DNA of 64,000 nt from an uncultured virus (IMG/VR IMGVR_UViG_3300018405_000012) (taxonomy: Duplodnaviria; Heunggongvirae; Uroviricota; Caudoviricetes), in IMG/VR virus record IMGVR_UViG_3300018405_000012; one strand, written 5' to 3'. The position numbers were made by a program, and so were the translations under genes. Positions 38,664 through 47,234 of this stretch are shown piece after piece. The notes beneath the pieces are model-generated. The model had not been told where the DNA came from, made no database searches, and saw only the letters and a list, made by a program, of their open reading frames with translations. Numbering within the stretch: position 1 is the first letter of the stretch; each line of letters begins with the position of its first letter.

Positions 38664-39704
38664 TCAGTAACGCAGGGTAAATGGACGCAGACGACCCGGT
38701 TCAACGCGGATGTGTGGATCTTCCATGCTGTCACGTGTCATCCGGTAGTCACGATCACTCCTGCCGCCGAACCTGGCCTCACGTTCACGCCGTGCAGAGT
38801 CAGCAATGGTCAGGATGAACATGTTCTTATACAGGTCGTAATCGGCGATGACGTAGAGTTCGTCTTCACCTTCGACCCTCACGAACTGGTTCATCTGGGG
38901 AATCCAATCGCGCACCGGCGCTTTTGGTGCAGCCCCCCGCACCACATCCGGACCTGCACCAATCAGCTCCACGTAAAAGCTCAGACCAAAGCGATCGGAG
39001 CTGTTGTCAAGGTGTGGCGCCGGAACGATCTTACCGTTGACCAGCATGGTCCCGATCCGATGACCATCGACGGTGATGATGGTGTTATAGTGATAGTCTG
39101 TGCACCCCGGAATGTTGGGATGCAATGTCACCTTGACCCGACGACTTTCACTTCCCAACACCAACCGATCGATGATCTGCATGATTGCCTTGTACCACGG
39201 GGCAGTCTCTTGATAGCGGAGCATCTGGGCCTGCTGCTCATTCTGGAACTGGATCTGGTAACGCTCGTTCAACTCGCCACTGACCTCCACAGTGTAATCG
39301 TAGTTGGGTTCTGGAACATCCAGTTCATCCAGAATGTCTTCGATCTGGGTGGCGTTGGACTGAGGGGGTGTTAACGGATCAGGGATCACACGTTCGAAAA
39401 AGAACTTATGATCGATAGTCGCAGCTGACACAAAGCCCTCTTCTGGCCAGTCATTCAGGAAAAACAAGCACCCTGCTCGCGATGTTACAGGAGTCACAGC
39501 ATCAGCCGTGACTCGTGCGATGCATTTGGACTGTTGCACCCGCAGTACGGTAAAGATCTCTTTGTCATTGAGGGGCTCCAGTTTCCCGTGCTTATCGTAA
39601 ATGCCTTCGGCGATCTGAAGCGCGTTGCAGAAGTCAACAACCTTGCCAGTGCGAGGCATGGCAACACGGTTTTCACAGCGAACTTTGATTTGAGATGCAG
39701 ACAT
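38664..39704 (-). CDS. Hypothetical protein
   Basis: 346 aa, AGGAG RBS, downstream of the promoter motif. Confidence 0.8.
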   Translation of the reverse strand: MSASQIKVRCENRVAMPRTGKVVDFCNALQIAEGIYDKHGKLEPLNDKEIFTVLRVQQSKCIARVTADAVTPVTSRAGCLFFLNDWPEEGFVSAATIDHKFFFERVIPDPLTPPQSNATQIEDILDELDVPEPNYDYTVEVSGELNERYQIQFQNEQQAQMLRYQETAPWYKAIMQIIDRLVLGSESRRVKVTLHPNIPGCTDYHYNTIITVDGHRIGTMLVNGKIVPAPHLDNSSDRFGLSFYVELIGAGPDVVRGAAPKAPVRDWIPQMNQFVRVEGEDELYVIADYDLYKNMFILTIADSARREREARFGGRSDRDYRMTRDSMEDPHIRVEPGRLRPFTLRY

Positions 39705-39742
39705 GATGATGCTCCTGTAGCGGGTTGGGTATGTTCACCGTT

Positions 39743-39770
39743 ATCATGTATCTTTAAAATAAACTGGAAT
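39743..39770 (-). promoter_or_regulatory. Putative promoter, ATTC-N16-TACATGAT
   Basis: Recurring motif, close match to 42999-43026. Confidence 0.65.
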
Positions 39771-39790
39771 CGAAACAAAAAAGAAATAGG

Positions 39791-39812
39791 GAGAGGGGCC
39801 GAAGCCCCTCTC
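39791..39812 (-). terminator. Intrinsic terminator
   Basis: GAGAGGGGC-CGAA-GCCCCTCTC with a U-rich run on the minus strand. Confidence 0.7.
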
Positions 39813-40163
39813 TTATTCCGACGGCAACCAGGTCAGTGCATCGAAGTACAACTCGACAGGACAGTCCAATACCAGCCAGCCCTTTATCGACTCGATCATC
39901 CGATGTCCGGTTACAGGTGCACATCTCACCACCCTGCCAAAGACGGTGCTATAAAACACCCTTCTGGCATCGTCTCGACCACGGTTAAGCAATATGCCAA
40001 ACCCACCCGACCGAATCAGTTGCCTTAAGGTCTCCACGCTCTCTATATGGCACATAGCGCGTAGATCCAACAACTGACCATGCATCGTAGGGATTAATGC
40101 TAGATCGTGCTCTATGGCGCTTACAGCGGCTTCTAGGGCATGATCGAAGTCAGGTACGATCAT
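39813..40163 (-). CDS. Hypothetical protein
   Basis: Likely start MIVPDFDH overlapping the upstream gene end. Confidence 0.6.
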   Translation of the reverse strand: MIVPDFDHALEAAVSAIEHDLALIPTMHGQLLDLRAMCHIESVETLRQLIRSGGFGILLNRGRDDARRVFYSTVFGRVVRCAPVTGHRMIESIKGWLVLDCPVELYFDALTWLPSE

Positions 40164-40632
40164 CCGATCCCCCGACCACCTTAAACCGTGCGCGCTTGGT
40201 AGCCCGTTCAGCCGCTTCTGCTTCTGCTTGACGGCGTTTCTCCATTTCCTGGTTGCCTTCTTGGTCCACCATGGCCATGGCATGAATCACCGTACCGATG
40301 TCGTGGATCAGATCGATCTCAGAGTCAGACCGAATAAGGATCAAGGGGACCTCAAGGTTTAAGTCGATCAAGAAATGGTCGTACTCTGTCCCACATTCGT
40401 GAAACCCAATTCGTAGACGATGTGTAAAGCCAAACTCAGGACTCAGCGAAAATGTAATCCAGACCTCATCTCCATGATCCTCGTATCCTGTCGTCATACC
40501 GAACTCATCGACAACAGGACAGAGGTCGCGGTAAATCCAGATATCGTTCTCACGGGATGCCTGATCGACTTTTGAATGGATGGCCGCTATTGCCCCTAGG
40601 AGCGCTGCCTCCATCATCCGTAGACCGGTCAT
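40150..40632 (-). CDS. Hypothetical protein
   Basis: 160-aa ORF. Confidence 0.7.
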   Translation of the reverse strand: MTGLRMMEAALLGAIAAIHSKVDQASRENDIWIYRDLCPVVDEFGMTTGYEDHGDEVWITFSLSPEFGFTHRLRIGFHECGTEYDHFLIDLNLEVPLILIRSDSEIDLIHDIGTVIHAMAMVDQEGNQEMEKRRQAEAEAAERATKRARFKVVGGSDDRT

Positions 40633-40646
40633 AGCCTACCCCTTGA

Positions 40647-41228
40647 TCAGCTCTTGATGACGCGAATTTCGGTGAACTGGCGACGTTTGACAGGGGGTTG
40701 CTTCTTGTGCGGCTTACTGGCCTTGACTGGCGTCACGGTAGCCTTGGGTTTCTCAACCTTAGGCGGTAGTGACTTCACCAGATCCGCCATGGTCACGGCC
40801 GGTTTGGCAGGGGCCTTATCGACGACTTTGGCTACCGTCTTAGGGGCTGGGCGCTTAACACGAGCTTTCGTCGTACGGGCGCTCACGTAGAAGCCCATGC
40901 CATTGCCGAGCAGGGTAAATAGGTACGCATCCTGATCCTGATGGAATTCCACCGCCAGTTGATGCTCAGTCAGATTATCCTGGGTGAGCAATTCCAGCAA
41001 TGCCGCCTTATGTTCACGTACCAGGCCATCGAGCATATCCTGCAGCCGATCAGGAAGCGCAGCGCCGTAGAAGAAGAAATTCTTTTCGGCAGTGGCACGC
41101 TCACGTAGCTTACGGTAATCCTTGATGTCGTCGGTCATCATGAGGCGCTTGGCATAACCACCTGCAGTCAGGTCCTTCTGCAGGGAAGCGAGTTTGGAAA
41201 TGAGGTCTTCAAGTGGCAGGGTGTTCAT
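40647..41228 (-). CDS. Hypothetical protein with K/P/A-rich tail
   Basis: 193-aa ORF, AAGGA RBS. Confidence 0.75.
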   Translation of the reverse strand: MNTLPLEDLISKLASLQKDLTAGGYAKRLMMTDDIKDYRKLRERATAEKNFFFYGAALPDRLQDMLDGLVREHKAALLELLTQDNLTEHQLAVEFHQDQDAYLFTLLGNGMGFYVSARTTKARVKRPAPKTVAKVVDKAPAKPAVTMADLVKSLPPKVEKPKATVTPVKASKPHKKQPPVKRRQFTEIRVIKS

Positions 41229-41280
41229 GTGAATCAGATCCTTAAGTAGAGGAATGGAACGAAAGAAAGAAGGAACATAA

Positions 41281-41310
41281 TCAGACCTGGTACCGAAGTA
41301 CCAGGTCTGA
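41281..41310 (-). terminator. 13-bp stem-loop terminator
   Basis: TCAGACCTGGTAC-CGAA-GTACCAGGTCTGA. Confidence 0.7.
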
Positions 41311-41321
41311 TCCAGATGGGC

Positions 41322-41789
41322 TTACTTGCCGCCGAAGGTGCTGGCGTAGTTTTCAGCGATGCCCAGGTTGACGCGCTTCAGGTCGCCGCGCTTGGCGGTG
41401 GCACCGGATTCCAGTTTGACTGCGACGTTGCCCCACTTTTCCTTCTCTTCAGTCGAGCCAGGTGCGCGGGTCATGATCTTGCGGTCGATGGACGCCTTGA
41501 TGGTGTTGTGGCCGAAGCACAGGTGGGCGCTGGTACGCTCGAGGTCCTTCTTCTTCTTCATCAGCGGCAGGGTGGCGTTGCCCAGACCCAGGGCCAGACC
41601 GGCAGCGAAGTTGGCTTCTTCATCCTGGACACGCTTGACGGTGTCGAGGTCAACACCTTCGATCAGGTTGTCGGCGAGGAAGGTTTCCGGCAGGGTCGCT
41701 GCACCGTCGTCGTCGAAAGAGATGGACTCTTCAACCTTGGTAGCCAGATCTTTGATGCGCTGGTTGATTTTGTTCAGTGCGTCGCTCAT
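41322..41789 (-). CDS. Hypothetical protein, probably highly expressed
   Basis: 155 aa, strong codon bias, AGGAG RBS, own promoter-like motif and terminator. Confidence 0.8.
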   Translation of the reverse strand: MSDALNKINQRIKDLATKVEESISFDDDGAATLPETFLADNLIEGVDLDTVKRVQDEEANFAAGLALGLGNATLPLMKKKKDLERTSAHLCFGHNTIKASIDRKIMTRAPGSTEEKEKWGNVAVKLESGATAKRGDLKRVNLGIAENYASTFGGK

Positions 41790-41974
41790 TTGTTTCTCCT
41801 AGGATGTAAAGATGTTCGTTGTCAACACGTGCTATTGCATAATCGTAGCCGCTGCAGTAAATTATTACAGAACAACGTTAGATGCAAGTGGATAATGTGT
41901 TTCTGTATTTGGGTTCAATGGAATCTTAAACGACAAAGAAAAAAGGACCCGAAGGTCCTTTTTTCCAGATGGGC

Positions 41975-42226
41975 TTACTTGGCCTCAGCCTTGACGGGCT
42001 CGGCTGTTGCAGTGACGGCAGCCGCTGCAGCAAGCGCCACGGCAGCGACTTCCGGAGTGATGGTGATTTGACCCATCACCTTGGTCTGCTTGCGCTTATG
42101 GTACCAGATGGTCCCACCGGTGCCGACTACCGCGACTGCGGCGACGCCACAGGCAACGGCCGGATGTTCTTTGATAGCATCAGTAATAACTGAACTGAGC
42201 GCTTTGAGGGTTTCTGCAATTGCCAT
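41975..42226 (-). CDS. Small membrane protein
   Basis: Hydrophobic segment followed by a basic patch; AAGGAG RBS. Confidence 0.75.
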   Translation of the reverse strand: MAIAETLKALSSVITDAIKEHPAVACGVAAVAVVGTGGTIWYHKRKQTKVMGQITITPEVAAVALAAAAAVTATAEPVKAEAK

Positions 42227-42265
42227 GGTGTAACTCCTTACAGGTTTTGGTTTGGATGGAGCGGG

Positions 42266-42400
42266 TTATACGCGGGTTGCGCCGCGCAGTTTACTTTTCT
42301 TGTATTGGCCATAACGGTGCCCAACGTAGGATATCGCCGTTATGACAGCCAAGAAGCCGGTCAGTATTGCTGCATCGATCAAGGGATTGAAGCCTTCCAT
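42266..42400 (-). CDS. Small membrane protein (44 aa, not in ORF track)
   Basis: MEGFNPLIDAAILTGFLAVITAISYVGHRYGQYKKSKLRGATRV; TAATG coupling. Confidence 0.65.
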   Translation of the reverse strand: MEGFNPLIDAAILTGFLAVITAISYVGHRYGQYKKSKLRGATRV

Positions 42401-42525
42401 TACCTGTTCTCCATGCGCGCTTTAAGAGAACTGAGTTCGTCTTTAAGCTTTTTGTTTTCTTCGATCTTGGCTTTGACCAGGTAGCCAATGCCAGCACCTA
42501 CAGCAATCAGAATGAATTCTTTCAT
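42400..42525 (-). CDS. Small membrane-anchored coiled-coil protein (41 aa, not in ORF track)
   Basis: MKEFILIAVGAGIGYLVKAKIEENKKLKDELSSLKARMENR; AAGGAG RBS. Confidence 0.7.
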   Translation of the reverse strand: MKEFILIAVGAGIGYLVKAKIEENKKLKDELSSLKARMENR

Positions 42526-42536
42526 GGGACGACTCC

Positions 42537-42956
42537 TTAATCGAAACGGCGAAACTCACCCAGCTCAACCAGAGCTTCGGTGAGGATGGCAACAGTCAGT
42601 ACGGCACCGCGAGTGAAGCCACCGGCGGCATGGGCTTCTTCCACCGCTGCCATGGCAGCGGCAAACTCTTCAGGGGCGATGGCCACCAGCACGCCGTCGT
42701 GACGCCCAGGGTGGGCGCTCTTCTGGACGTGACCTGTGATCAGCTTGTTGCTGAACATGTCGATAAACATGCCGGCTTCAGCGATATCGCTCTCGGTAAG
42801 ATCATCTTCATTGAACCCTGTCAATTCGATGATCTTGTCTTTGATCGCGATCATCTGCTTTTCGGCAGCAGCATCGATGGAGATCACGTAACCCTTTTCG
42901 CTTTCGATCTTGCGGACCAGAATGTCTTTAAGGGCTTCTTTAGTTTTAGCGGACAT
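42537..42956 (-). CDS. Hypothetical protein
   Basis: 139 aa, GGAG RBS. Confidence 0.8.
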   Translation of the reverse strand: MSAKTKEALKDILVRKIESEKGYVISIDAAAEKQMIAIKDKIIELTGFNEDDLTESDIAEAGMFIDMFSNKLITGHVQKSAHPGRHDGVLVAIAPEEFAAAMAAVEEAHAAGGFTRGAVLTVAILTEALVELGEFRRFD

Positions 42957-42998
42957 GATTAGATCTCCATTAGATCAGGGGTAGGGTATCTCACCGTT

Positions 42999-43026
42999 AT
43001 CATGTATCGTTGAAAAATACTGGAAT
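42999..43026 (-). promoter_or_regulatory. Putative promoter, ATTC-N16-TACATGAT
   Basis: Recurring motif. Confidence 0.65.
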
Positions 43027-43042
43027 CGAATAAACTGTCAGG

Positions 43043-43071
43043 CGGCATAAAGGGAGGGCCGAAGCCCTCCC
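43043..43071 (-). terminator. Hairpin plus TATGCCG ending the late head operon
   Basis: GGGAGGGC-CGAA-GCCCTCCC preceded on + by CGGCATA. Confidence 0.65.
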
Positions 43072-43086
43072 CGTATGTTTGGACGC

Positions 43087-44325
43087 TTAGCGCATCTTGT
43101 CGGCGACTTTACCGTTGATGGAGTTGACCTCACGGATCACACCAGCAATGATGGTGAACGCGCCGTTCAGGCACTGCCAGCCCAGACGATCGAGTTCGCT
43201 GATGGCGCGACGAGTGGCGCTGGCTTCGGAAGAACCAGTGACTTCAGCCTTGAGGTCCTTGACGAGCTTCTCGTGCTCGCGCCATTTCTTCGGCGCAGCG
43301 TTCCGGATGGCCTGAGTCTTGGCAGCAGCAGCCTGGAACTTTTCCAGACCCTGTACCAGCGCCTTCACGTCGATCTTGCGCTTGACAGTACCGTTGATCA
43401 GGACGCTGAGCTTACCGCCCGTCAGCAGCCAGAAATCGACCTTCTCGAAGGTGGTCATGCGCGAGCCACTGACCTTGATGGTGCCACCCTTGCTCCACTC
43501 TTTCAGCAGCTCACCTTTCTTGATGGTGAATTCTTTACTGGTGATCTTGCGGTTGGACATGGTGAACGCTTGGCGGAATGCGCGCAGGATGTCTTTGGTG
43601 GGGTTGCGCAGGGCGGCAATCTTACCCATGCCGGCACGAGCGGCTTCCTCGTCCTTCCAGTTCACGGTACTGGCAATAGCAGCAGCCTTCTTGGCGGCAT
43701 CGATTGCTTCGCTGCCCATCCTGACCAGATCGTCGACGATCTTGGCGGTGTCACCGGCCGCGCTCGACAGGTTTTCAGCGATCTCGCCGTCAACGGTGAA
43801 GGCACGGTACATGAGGCCCAGACGGATCTTGGTCTGGCCGTCGTAGTTCTTCAGTACGGAGATGGCATCGCGCAGACCGGTCATTTCGCGGTTGATCATG
43901 CCAACGCTGTCCCACATGTCGCGCAGCGCGAAGGATTCCATCGCCACGTTCATGCTCGATTCCAGCGATGCGTTGACATCACGGATCTGGGCGACCAGTT
44001 GGCTGGCGCGTGCAGCAGGGTCTTCCGAAGACTCGAGGCCGGTGCCTTCGAAGCTGACGCCATAGCGACCCATGACGGCATTGGCCAGATGTGCTACCTG
44101 ATCCAGTTGCTCGTGGCTGACGGTCTCGTTGTTCTCGATCTGGGTAGCGGCTTCTTCCAGGACATCAACGTCCTGTTCCATTTCGATGCGTTCATCGACG
44201 TAGACTTCAGGAGTCAGATCGCCTGCGGCCGCTTGGTGCTCTTCCAGCAGCTCCATGGTGCCTTCGGTGACTTCGAGGTCTTCGAGGGACACGTTGAGTG
44301 CCTGAGACAGAATGCTGTTTTTCAT
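43087..44325 (-). CDS. Probable internal head protein with acidic propeptide
   Basis: Acidic N-terminus with SLE, SFE, GLE, SLE and AME motifs; basic mature part; in the protease operon. Confidence 0.7.
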   Translation of the reverse strand: MKNSILSQALNVSLEDLEVTEGTMELLEEHQAAAGDLTPEVYVDERIEMEQDVDVLEEAATQIENNETVSHEQLDQVAHLANAVMGRYGVSFEGTGLESSEDPAARASQLVAQIRDVNASLESSMNVAMESFALRDMWDSVGMINREMTGLRDAISVLKNYDGQTKIRLGLMYRAFTVDGEIAENLSSAAGDTAKIVDDLVRMGSEAIDAAKKAAAIASTVNWKDEEAARAGMGKIAALRNPTKDILRAFRQAFTMSNRKITSKEFTIKKGELLKEWSKGGTIKVSGSRMTTFEKVDFWLLTGGKLSVLINGTVKRKIDVKALVQGLEKFQAAAAKTQAIRNAAPKKWREHEKLVKDLKAEVTGSSEASATRRAISELDRLGWQCLNGAFTIIAGVIREVNSINGKVADKMR

Positions 44326-45647
44326 TACTTCTTTTCCTTGCGAAGTTTGGAGGTTTGTTTCAACACATCATGGGCAATGAGTGTGACGTTGCGGTACACG
44401 TAATTGGAATGGTCTTCCATCATGGTAGCGATGGCTTTCCCCAGAAACATGTACTGAGACACGCTGCGCCGAGCCGCACGATGCAGGGCACGCAGCTCAC
44501 GAAGGCGAGTTACGTTTTCCTGCTGGGTTTTCTCGGTGTTCACATGATTGTACGCATCGTCCATGTCGCTAGAAAGCCGCTGGACTTTTTCACTCATGGC
44601 AGCCGCCATTTGAGCGAACTTGACAGCTCGGGTGTTCAGCGCCAGCGTTTTGTCAATTACCCTGACGAAATCACTGACCTCGGTTTCACCACCTGAAGCC
44701 TTGATCTGTTCGGCTACTTTTTTCTTGGCCACCACGGAATTCAGACCTACCACACCCTTCACAGCGGTGATCGGCCCGCCAATGGAAAATCCGTGGATCT
44801 TCTTTTTGGCCAACATGGTCGGAAGGTTGTGTTCGTCGTCCTCCTTGGAGGTAAACGACCACGGTATCGGCGACTTCTTGAACTGGGGGTAACCTCGCTT
44901 ATCCATGACCACCGTACGATTGCCCAGCAACTTGAAACGAGTCAGGTCATTGAACTCGGTGCGGTCGAGGATGTTCTCATCGAAGAAATCGATGGCCTCA
45001 CGAATAACTTCGTTGGAATCGCTGTTAGCCGCTTCACGAAACTTCTTGCCCATGTCCGTGGAACGCTCAAAGAGCATCTGGTACTTGGACTCGCACGCTT
45101 CAATGAATTTAAGGTCCTGGTCAATACTGGAGCTCATCTTGTTGACCGGTTTGTTATCCCGAGTCAAGAAGGAGTAAGTACTGGCAGAACTGAGCATGAC
45201 AGGGTTTTCTGCAATTCTTGAGCGGTTGACGTTAAGCTTTGTCTTGATGTCGACCAGGTTCTTGCCAAAGGTCCGAAGGGACGTGCTCATGGCGTGGAAA
45301 CTGCGCTTGAGGTTCTGGATCAGGTTCGATTCCATGGCAGGGTTATTTAGCACCGCCACGGCGTCACGAATCTCATCAATCAGTGCCTCACCGGTCTGGG
45401 CACGACTCTGTCCAGACAAGAGGTCGGAGTGGGAAGCCCGCCATTCCAGGTAGGTCTGCTCAGCTTCCAGGACATCGACAATTGAGCCGTCAGCCATAGT
45501 GAGCTGCTCAATGCAGCTCTCTAGGGTGATGCGACTGGCATCGATGTCTGCCAGCTCAGAGAGCGTAGCAAGCGCCGGTGCCAGAGTCGCTTCTGCCTCT
45601 ACCCGCTCAGACGCATCCACCAAGGCATTGTGGAATGTGTCGTTCAT
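44325..45647 (-). CDS. Probable internal head protein with acidic propeptide
   Basis: Acidic N-terminus ending at AME; directly after the protease gene. Confidence 0.68.
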   Translation of the reverse strand: MNDTFHNALVDASERVEAEATLAPALATLSELADIDASRITLESCIEQLTMADGSIVDVLEAEQTYLEWRASHSDLLSGQSRAQTGEALIDEIRDAVAVLNNPAMESNLIQNLKRSFHAMSTSLRTFGKNLVDIKTKLNVNRSRIAENPVMLSSASTYSFLTRDNKPVNKMSSSIDQDLKFIEACESKYQMLFERSTDMGKKFREAANSDSNEVIREAIDFFDENILDRTEFNDLTRFKLLGNRTVVMDKRGYPQFKKSPIPWSFTSKEDDEHNLPTMLAKKKIHGFSIGGPITAVKGVVGLNSVVAKKKVAEQIKASGGETEVSDFVRVIDKTLALNTRAVKFAQMAAAMSEKVQRLSSDMDDAYNHVNTEKTQQENVTRLRELRALHRAARRSVSQYMFLGKAIATMMEDHSNYVYRNVTLIAHDVLKQTSKLRKEKK

Positions 45648-46436
45648 TTACCATCTCCAGCTGGAGGGTACGTAGGCCCGGATGGGACGTTCAACTTCAG
45701 CGATGAGGCTGAACATATTGGCGCGACTTTCAAAGCCGATGCCCTCACCTACACCTGTCGGAATCGCTTGGGCTTCGCGGCGAAGTGCGTCGATGTAGAA
45801 CGCAGTTTCCAGTTCAGCCATCGGGATATCCCCATTAGCATCCTGGGCGAGGCTTTCCAGCGAGGCGGTGCCGTATTTCGAAGACTTGGCGATCCCAGGC
45901 TCGTTCACACAATCCCAGGTCACGATCTTCTTCAGCAACTTGGTCTTGATGCCGCCAATGACCTTGTCATCGGTGAAGGAGCGGATTGAGAAGCATACGT
46001 CCTCATCCCGGTTCTCCAGCTGACGGTCAAGCCACATGCTCTCTTTACCAGAGGCTTTGACTTCGCCCACCACCATGGTCACGCCACGGCCCCGTTCATC
46101 GACACCCGGCTCCAGACGAATCCGGCGGATATGGACGCAGACGTTAGGTTCATAGATGTCATTGACACGACCGAACCATTCCAACTGACTCATACCCGGC
46201 CGAAACCGCGGATGACCGCACTCGCCACGCAGACGACCTGCATCGATCAGGCGCATCAGGCCACCGGAGCCCTCGATGAGGCGCCGACCTTCTGGCTCGC
46301 TGTACAGCCAGCCCAGAGCATTGAATGCCCCAAGGGCACCCAAACGTACTTCATAATAGCCGTTGTCGAGCTTCTTAAGGTCCCCTGCCTTGTTGATGCC
46401 CTGCAACACGTTACACTGATAAACAATACGTTCCAT
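45648..46436 (-). CDS. Prohead protease (phiKZ gp175 / SPN3US gp245-like)
   Basis: GECGHP, FSIRS and TWD.V.EPG catalytic motifs; C-terminal SLE/GFE autocleavage-like sites. Confidence 0.9.
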   Translation of the reverse strand: MERIVYQCNVLQGINKAGDLKKLDNGYYEVRLGALGAFNALGWLYSEPEGRRLIEGSGGLMRLIDAGRLRGECGHPRFRPGMSQLEWFGRVNDIYEPNVCVHIRRIRLEPGVDERGRGVTMVVGEVKASGKESMWLDRQLENRDEDVCFSIRSFTDDKVIGGIKTKLLKKIVTWDCVNEPGIAKSSKYGTASLESLAQDANGDIPMAELETAFYIDALRREAQAIPTGVGEGIGFESRANMFSLIAEVERPIRAYVPSSWRW

Positions 46437-46449
46437 GAGGAACCTCAAC

Positions 46450-47181
46450 TCAAGTTCGCAGAATTCGTTCAGTGCGCTCAACCCGGTCACCTGGGTTCAC
46501 AATCGCACTGGTCATACCTTCATCAAACCGACTACCTGCCAACTTCGCAATGGTGTTATTCGCACCATAGCTTACGTTACGTAGTGGAATGATGGTCGGA
46601 GGATTCTGGTCAATATCTTCATAGGTTTCCACCGATTCCCGGTAGAACCGTCTCAGATCGGACGGGTCACGGCAAATGGTGCTGGCGATGATCTCCATCA
46701 CCGTGGGGGTCTTACCGACCCTGACGCCGGCGTGTTTACGAGCGGTGGAAAACATCCCACCGAGTTCGCGGTAAGTCAGGTACCATGGCACACGTCCTTT
46801 CGCAATCAACTCATCGTAAATGCGGTAGAGCAGGTTGTCGATCATCACCAGATCTTCACTGGCAATGACCCTATCACCTGGTTCGTACTGCATCTCGATG
46901 TACTCCACCTCATCAACGACTACACTGCCCACCAGTGTGGGTTCACTCCGGATGGGTGCACAGATCTTCGAAGCCATGTAGTACGTATCGTCGAGGATGA
47001 TGGCGCAAAACCCCAGGAAGGTGATCTCTTCCTCGAAGACCGCCAGTTCACGCTGGGGAAAGCGTGCTGGGATCTGGACCTTCAGTGGCTTCAATGCCAC
47101 GTACGACCCTTCATCGGTGCGAGAAAGGGCCTTGTGTACCCGAGCTGCATCACGGATGTATCGGGAAGATGAAATGCTCAT
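46450..47181 (-). CDS. Probable virion RNAP beta' C-terminal subunit (phiKZ gp176 / SPN3US gp244-like)
   Basis: 243 aa, G.VPWY and KLAGS.F..G...AI motifs; position upstream of the protease. Confidence 0.65.
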   Translation of the reverse strand: MSISSSRYIRDAARVHKALSRTDEGSYVALKPLKVQIPARFPQRELAVFEEEITFLGFCAIILDDTYYMASKICAPIRSEPTLVGSVVVDEVEYIEMQYEPGDRVIASEDLVMIDNLLYRIYDELIAKGRVPWYLTYRELGGMFSTARKHAGVRVGKTPTVMEIIASTICRDPSDLRRFYRESVETYEDIDQNPPTIIPLRNVSYGANNTIAKLAGSRFDEGMTSAIVNPGDRVERTERILRT

Positions 47182-47234
47182 GGTGAGATATCCTTGAGAG
47201 GGTCAGTGAGTCGCCCCACCGACCACAATTGCCA

